Under the pieces are notes generated by a model. It had not been told where the DNA came from, did not search any database, and worked only from the letters and a program-made list of their open reading frames with translations. Shown here in pieces: positions 53,659-64,000 of a stretch of DNA of 64,000 nt. A program made the position numbers and the translations under genes. This DNA is from Tubulanus polymorphus (taxonomy: Eukaryota; Animalia; Nemertea). The stretch lies in NCBI RefSeq assembly GCF_964204645.1, contig NC_134025.1, forward strand, positions 3,596,001-3,660,000. Reading direction: 5' to 3'. Within the stretch, counting starts at the first letter, position 1. Each line of letters begins with the position of its first letter.

Positions 53659-55712
53659 CCCAAAATACACAGAGTAATAAGTAAATAGATGATAACGTAT
53701 CAACGTATGATTTTTGCATTGGCCGGATAAAAAGGATTATAAATTGTAATTTAAAAAAAGCAATGCGACGACTTATGTGTTATCGATACGCGTTGGTTTC
53801 GGAGACATGGTGTCCAATTAAACAGCGAATTCATCACGTAGAGGGCGACATTTATTTATTGGCGCGCAGCTCATCCCTCTCTTGGTTACTGAATCTTATT
53901 CCCTCGTGCCCGTCTTTACAGGCGTCTAAACGACAAAATCACACGACAAACAAATATCTAGTCGGCGGTTCTTTTTTAGCCGAGTCGATGCTAGAAAGTC
54001 ATTCATCTTCAACTTCTTCATAGTCGATATACGGTCAGTAGGTGACTTGAGTCAATAGTAATTTTGTGGATAAGTTATCGTCTTAAAGTTGCATCGACGA
54101 CGGTTTCTTAACAAATCTATTGATTCTCTGTCTCTGGTTATATTTGCCGGATGAAGAGAGACATCTCGCGAAAAAGGGACGCGTGATGTGCGGACATCCC
54201 ATTGTCTTCGTCAATAATGTATCGTTTTTTACACCAGGCGAATGTTAAAGAACATCGTTTAGACATTAGACTACCTTCGATAGAATAAACCATTTAACCA
54301 AGATAAGTGAATAAAACGATACGCAGCCGCAGGTAGAATAAGTTTCCTGGAGTTTAGACTGGCTCGGGTCGATCAAACATTTTGTGAATGTAAAAATGAA
54401 TAAAAGACTATAAATCAGAGTTTCCGCGCTTCTAACGTTCTTTAGTTAAAAAAAACCCATTATCTTACGCAATGATGAATACTAGAGGAGTTATGGTTTT
54501 ATGTTTGGTTTTTGAATGGTTATTATGTATTCATATATTTCAATAATTCAATAACGAACTTCACACAGATACCTTATAAAGTAATACCCTGTCATTTTCC
54601 CCATCATAAACGCACTTTCGAGAACTTTTCAAGCATCTATAATTTCAATTAACATCTCCTAAAACTCGGAGATAAGATCCATATTTTTTATTCAATTAAC
54701 GACCCAGCGCGATTAAAATTACTCATGCAGCGGGCGTCTTTTACTGAAACGACGTGCGAAAGTCAAATCAAGTTTAATTGAAACTTAATGCGAACCTAAT
54801 TGTCTGTGATTCAATTTTCTGTTTGCGATCGCTTGTTTACCCAACTCGCTATACAGCTATTTATAATTAATATCACCGACGAGTATCTTTTCATTTCAAT
54901 TATAACGCAGTCTGCCGATGATTTAAGAAATAGCAATTAAAACTAATCTGAAGAAGGAGAATAAGATGAAGGGATTGGTCGTTACGATTTCACAGAGAGT
55001 TTACAATCAAATCAATGCGCATTTAATAGAACATGTTGCCATGACAAACACGTCTCTGAGGTCACCAATCTGATATTGGGAGAGTTGTTAAACAGGGCTT
55101 CCAGAAATGTACAGAAAAAATACTATATCAGTAAAACAGCAAAATAGGTAATCGCTTATCTGCTAAAAATATTACATTATTAATCACTTAAATGTTAGAG
55201 AGCAGCATTAGATTACAATAGCACTAATTTACAATTACGTTAAAAGGGATTTACACTGCCACATCATTATCAAGCTCCTTCTATAATAAACATGTCCAGC
55301 AAATCATCTTAACCTTATTGACGCGCTGGGCTTATATCTTACTAAAATATTCAAACTCAGGAAATTACTCTTTGGGACATAACGCCATCGAATACTTATA
55401 TCTTTATACCTACTATTAATTAACTATTACCTCGATAAGATATCGCTTCATACACGTTATGTAAACATCGAGTAGAAATAATTGAATACGAATACGAATT
55501 AAACGACGCCAGAGTGAACAATTTAAAATAACGACTATTGAAAATCAATTTTTTACGATAAAATTTAGTGATGATGTGACGTGATACACGTACTTCACGC
55601 TCGATTAGGCAATCATCAATAAACACTACGCATCTCTTATGAATGAGATATTCAATCTGTCTACTCTGTAGATAGTTCTAAGATTATCCGCCCACAAATG
55701 TTGCCCCGTTAG

Positions 55713-55907
55713 TGACGTCAACACCAACCTTCAGTCAGAAATATCGTTTCTCGCTCTGTGCCGCAATCGGAACATTACTGACTGGGAATAAACTTTTAAT
55801 CGGTTATAGTAACAACTAGTCAATAGTGAACACGAACACAAACTTTTATTAGTTTTGGAGATATCGATATGATATTCAAATTGCATACAGAAACATGATA
55901 ATCTGAG
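55713..55907 (+). promoter_or_regulatory. Putative promoter (palindromic CRE) and non-coding first exon of the neuropeptide gene
   Basis: TGACGTCA at 55713-55720, TATA-like gaataaaa at about 55787, donor gag|gtagga at 55907/55908, acceptor tttttcag at 56800. Confidence 0.45.
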
Positions 55908-56806
55908 GTAGGATTAGCAGCGGTCATATCAATTTTCATCAGTCACACGTCGATTGTATTTCTTTAATTATCCTATCTCACCGACTTCTATTGTTTCAAC
56001 TCATTAAATAGTCACTATTTCACACGACATACTTTTAGGATAGTTATAGTGGAGGGTTCAAATGTAAAATTACGAATGGTTTGAGGATGGGGAAGCAAGG
56101 TCGGTAAAATTTCTCGAGAATACCCCGCTCCCACTTATCCTTTATAATACGCCAGTTAACGTATCGTATGGCAAAGTTTCGGGTTTTATTCAAGATGGCT
56201 AGAGTTTACAGCTAGGAGGTATAATGTCGTTCTAGACGAAGAGTAATAACAATAAGATAAGAACGGAGCTTCAATTTCTACTTGATATAAAGGGATTGCT
56301 CGCTAGTGATAACCACGAAACACGATATCTCATATTGTGGAAACAGGCATACTAGTATTAATGCAATTTGTATGAAATAAAAACACACGGGGATAAATCC
56401 GGGCAAAGCAAACACGGAATGACACAGAAACTGGGGATCGGGAATGACGTACATCATAAGAAATATTTTTACACGGCTAAAAAGAAGTAACATGCACAAA
56501 AAGAAGCAACAAGCGCATAGCTGTAGATGTTTTAAAATACAAGGCGCGCGGGAGGCAAGATGTTCAAACATGATTGATATCCCCGATTTTTTTTCCTTTG
56601 TGTGTATGGAACCCATGACGTACTTCGCAATTCATAGCCATAAAAATGCCAAAATGAATTCTAGGTTCGCCTCCGTAACTATTTGAGTGTAATTTCTGCC
56701 TGTTTGCGGTGTCTTACACAAACTTTATATTCTAATAGCATCCGAATTATGATTATGAAACACGGACCATCTATAGCAATTTTTCGGTTGTATTTTTCAG
56801 ATTGAA

Positions 56807-57289
56807 ATGGATTCAATGCCAATTCTCATATTTTTGCTGCTGCTTGGATTTACATCGTCCACTCCGCTGAAAAGAAACAGCAATTCACGACAAATAGAAA
56901 CTGGAGATCTATCTTTGTCAAAGATTAATTTGAATAGTGAAACTACTTTGCGAAACATTGAAAAGCTGCTTCCAGTGTTAGGTGGAAGGCAGCCGAAATT
57001 GGAGCAATTCTTGCGCATTTTGCAGCTGTTGAAAGAATCAGAACAGTTCAAGCAGCAGAGGTACCGACTCGAAGAACGTCTTATGAGCGAAGTCAGGCAA
57101 TTACGGCAGAAACTTAAAGATGAGGTATTTTACGATGAGCAAATGTCGAAGCAACCGTCATCGTCCGTACATACGAAAGCAGTCAACCATCACCACCGCG
57201 ACGAAAAGCGACAATACGAAGAGTACGGTTGGTCTGGCGGTCGGTATGGCAAGCGTTCCGATGATCATATTGACACCGAACCGTTTTGA
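56807..57289 (+). CDS. Cholecystokinin/sulfakinin-type neuropeptide precursor
   Basis: Signal peptide, and one peptide flanked by dibasic sites with an amidation Gly: KR-QYEEYGWSGGRY-G-KR. It resembles molluscan CCK/SK peptides of the DYGxGGGRF-amide type. Confidence 0.8.
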   Translation: MDSMPILIFLLLLGFTSSTPLKRNSNSRQIETGDLSLSKINLNSETTLRNIEKLLPVLGGRQPKLEQFLRILQLLKESEQFKQQRYRLEERLMSEVRQLRQKLKDEVFYDEQMSKQPSSSVHTKAVNHHHRDEKRQYEEYGWSGGRYGKRSDDHIDTEPF

Positions 57290-58235
57290 TAACGTGTCAA
57301 ATTGTCAGCCGACGGTTCATTTACTTGTGGAGCAGCCGCCATGTAGTTCTAGGTTCACTTGAAAATGACCTTTTAGTTGATATTTTTGCTTGTGTAAAAT
57401 CGACATTCCGCAATTTTCGAAACTCAATTTCTTTAATAGTTGCTGTATGGCTAGAGAGAAATATTGAGATTAAATTATTTACATGTACCGCGGTACTCAA
57501 ATCCAACCAACCATGTCTCTTTTGTTACTATTAAACATATTTTGGGCATTTTTCCTTCAAAACAACTGTTACGTCGTTGAAATTTTGAAACTGATTCCTA
57601 GCTTTATCTTTCGGTATTCGTGTATAGAATCAATTGGTTTAACGTGTGTTCATTTGTAAATAAAATTATTTTGATTTAAAGATTCTTAAGATTACTTCTG
57701 CACCGACATCGTATTCGAAATCGAACGATAGATATTAAGTCATATGCACGGAGGTAAATCGATTTATTGTCTCATTAATTTCGTGAAACCCTAAGCGACC
57801 ATGTTGAATTAAATGACCAACACCCACAAGTGAAATCACCGGTCACGCCTTAAAAACGCATAACACACACGCCCTTTCTGTAGGATAGAATTTAATTTAC
57901 TTCAAGACAAGAGCTTGGAGAACTCGAATTACATGCAGCTCGAAACTGAAACTGAAGGAGAACCGAAACGACTGATATTCAAGTTACTATTTCAAGTTCA
58001 TGTAGGTACAACGCCAACGACCGCTTTTCTGTTTGCGCGTTCTTCACGTAGACAACTTTCAGATCGAAAATAATCTTAACAAATAACTGAATTTTATAGC
58101 AAATCTATTCGATCAATATCATTTAAATCAATTCGATGATAAAAATCAGATGGTATTTAAAGTGCAGATTTCTAAGGATGCTTGACATAGATGTCGGACA
58201 GAAGAATTTGAAAATGTTGATAATATGGGCTACGT

Positions 58236-63462
<5,227 letters not shown>

Positions 63463-63883
63463 CTGAAATTCCATACACGATTTAAAAATAAAATGTACTC
63501 TTAACATATCGTCACATATATGTTTATTTATCTTTTTAAGTTTGAGAGATGCCCGTTTGCTTATGTAATACGTCAGTATTTAACAGTTGGGAGCATGAGC
63601 TTCACGAAGAATATGTTTCGCCTTGATCCGTGCCTTCAACCCCAGGTGAGCGAATAGACAGGTACATAAGATGAAATAACATGCTTTGAAACGTCTGTTT
63701 ATTTAATCTTGAAGTAATTGCTGTAGAGTACTAAAGCGTTCATCTTGTTTTAACTCATCAGTATATAACATCCACTATATTAATATTTAGTAGTAAATCC
63801 AGTCAGCAACTAGCTAAGGTTACTAAGACTAGTTAAAACTAGTTATTAATGGCTCTAGATATGTTTTAGATTTGGGCTGAGGC

Positions 63884-63927
63884 AAGGCAGACCACTTGTT
63901 ACGTTAAGGCAGACCACTTGTTACGTT
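63884..63927 (+). repeat. 22-bp tandem duplication
   Basis: aaggcagaccacttgttacgtt occurs twice, back to back. Confidence 0.85.
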
Positions 63928-64000
63928 CTTTTCGCTGTCAAAAGATTTAAGTTTGAGAATAGCAAAAAATCTTTGGTCTGAAAAAAAATTTGAAAGATTC

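Noticed and set aside
46000-55600. Many 60-100 aa ORFs
   Set aside because: They show no recognisable motifs and no consistent splice chain; this is expected by chance with alternative start codons.

Overview
This is AT-rich, intron-containing animal genomic DNA. The CCK-type peptide and the gene set suggest a lophotrochozoan invertebrate (inference). Most introns are short, so the ORF track misses or fragments most genes; I rebuilt the exon chains by hand from GT/AG sites and reading phase. Genes in window order: (1) a minus-strand gene for a >1,500-aa low-complexity protein with polyQ tracts and an SRSF3/7-type RRM, running off the left edge; (2) intronless C6orf120/UPF0669-like and NOP16 CDSs packed in tandem, each behind its own splice acceptor; (3) a 9-exon STYX pseudophosphatase; (4) a divergent PRD-like homeobox gene head-to-head with (5) a multi-exon LYST; (6) a 144-aa secreted cationic orphan; (7) a 112-aa acidic orphan with a duplicated IAADLTxYNxP motif; (8) a CXorf65/C22orf15-like gene; (9) about 11 kb of mostly non-coding DNA ahead of a single-peptide CCK/sulfakinin-type precursor; (10) an astacin metalloprotease with seven ShKT domains. 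Several MITE-like hairpin elements, SINE remnants and short tandem repeats are also present. The best lead is the NOP16/C6orf120 unit, which looks either shared-leader or operon-like. The giant RRM protein and the two orphan proteins come next. All gene models are sequence-only predictions; no database search was run.
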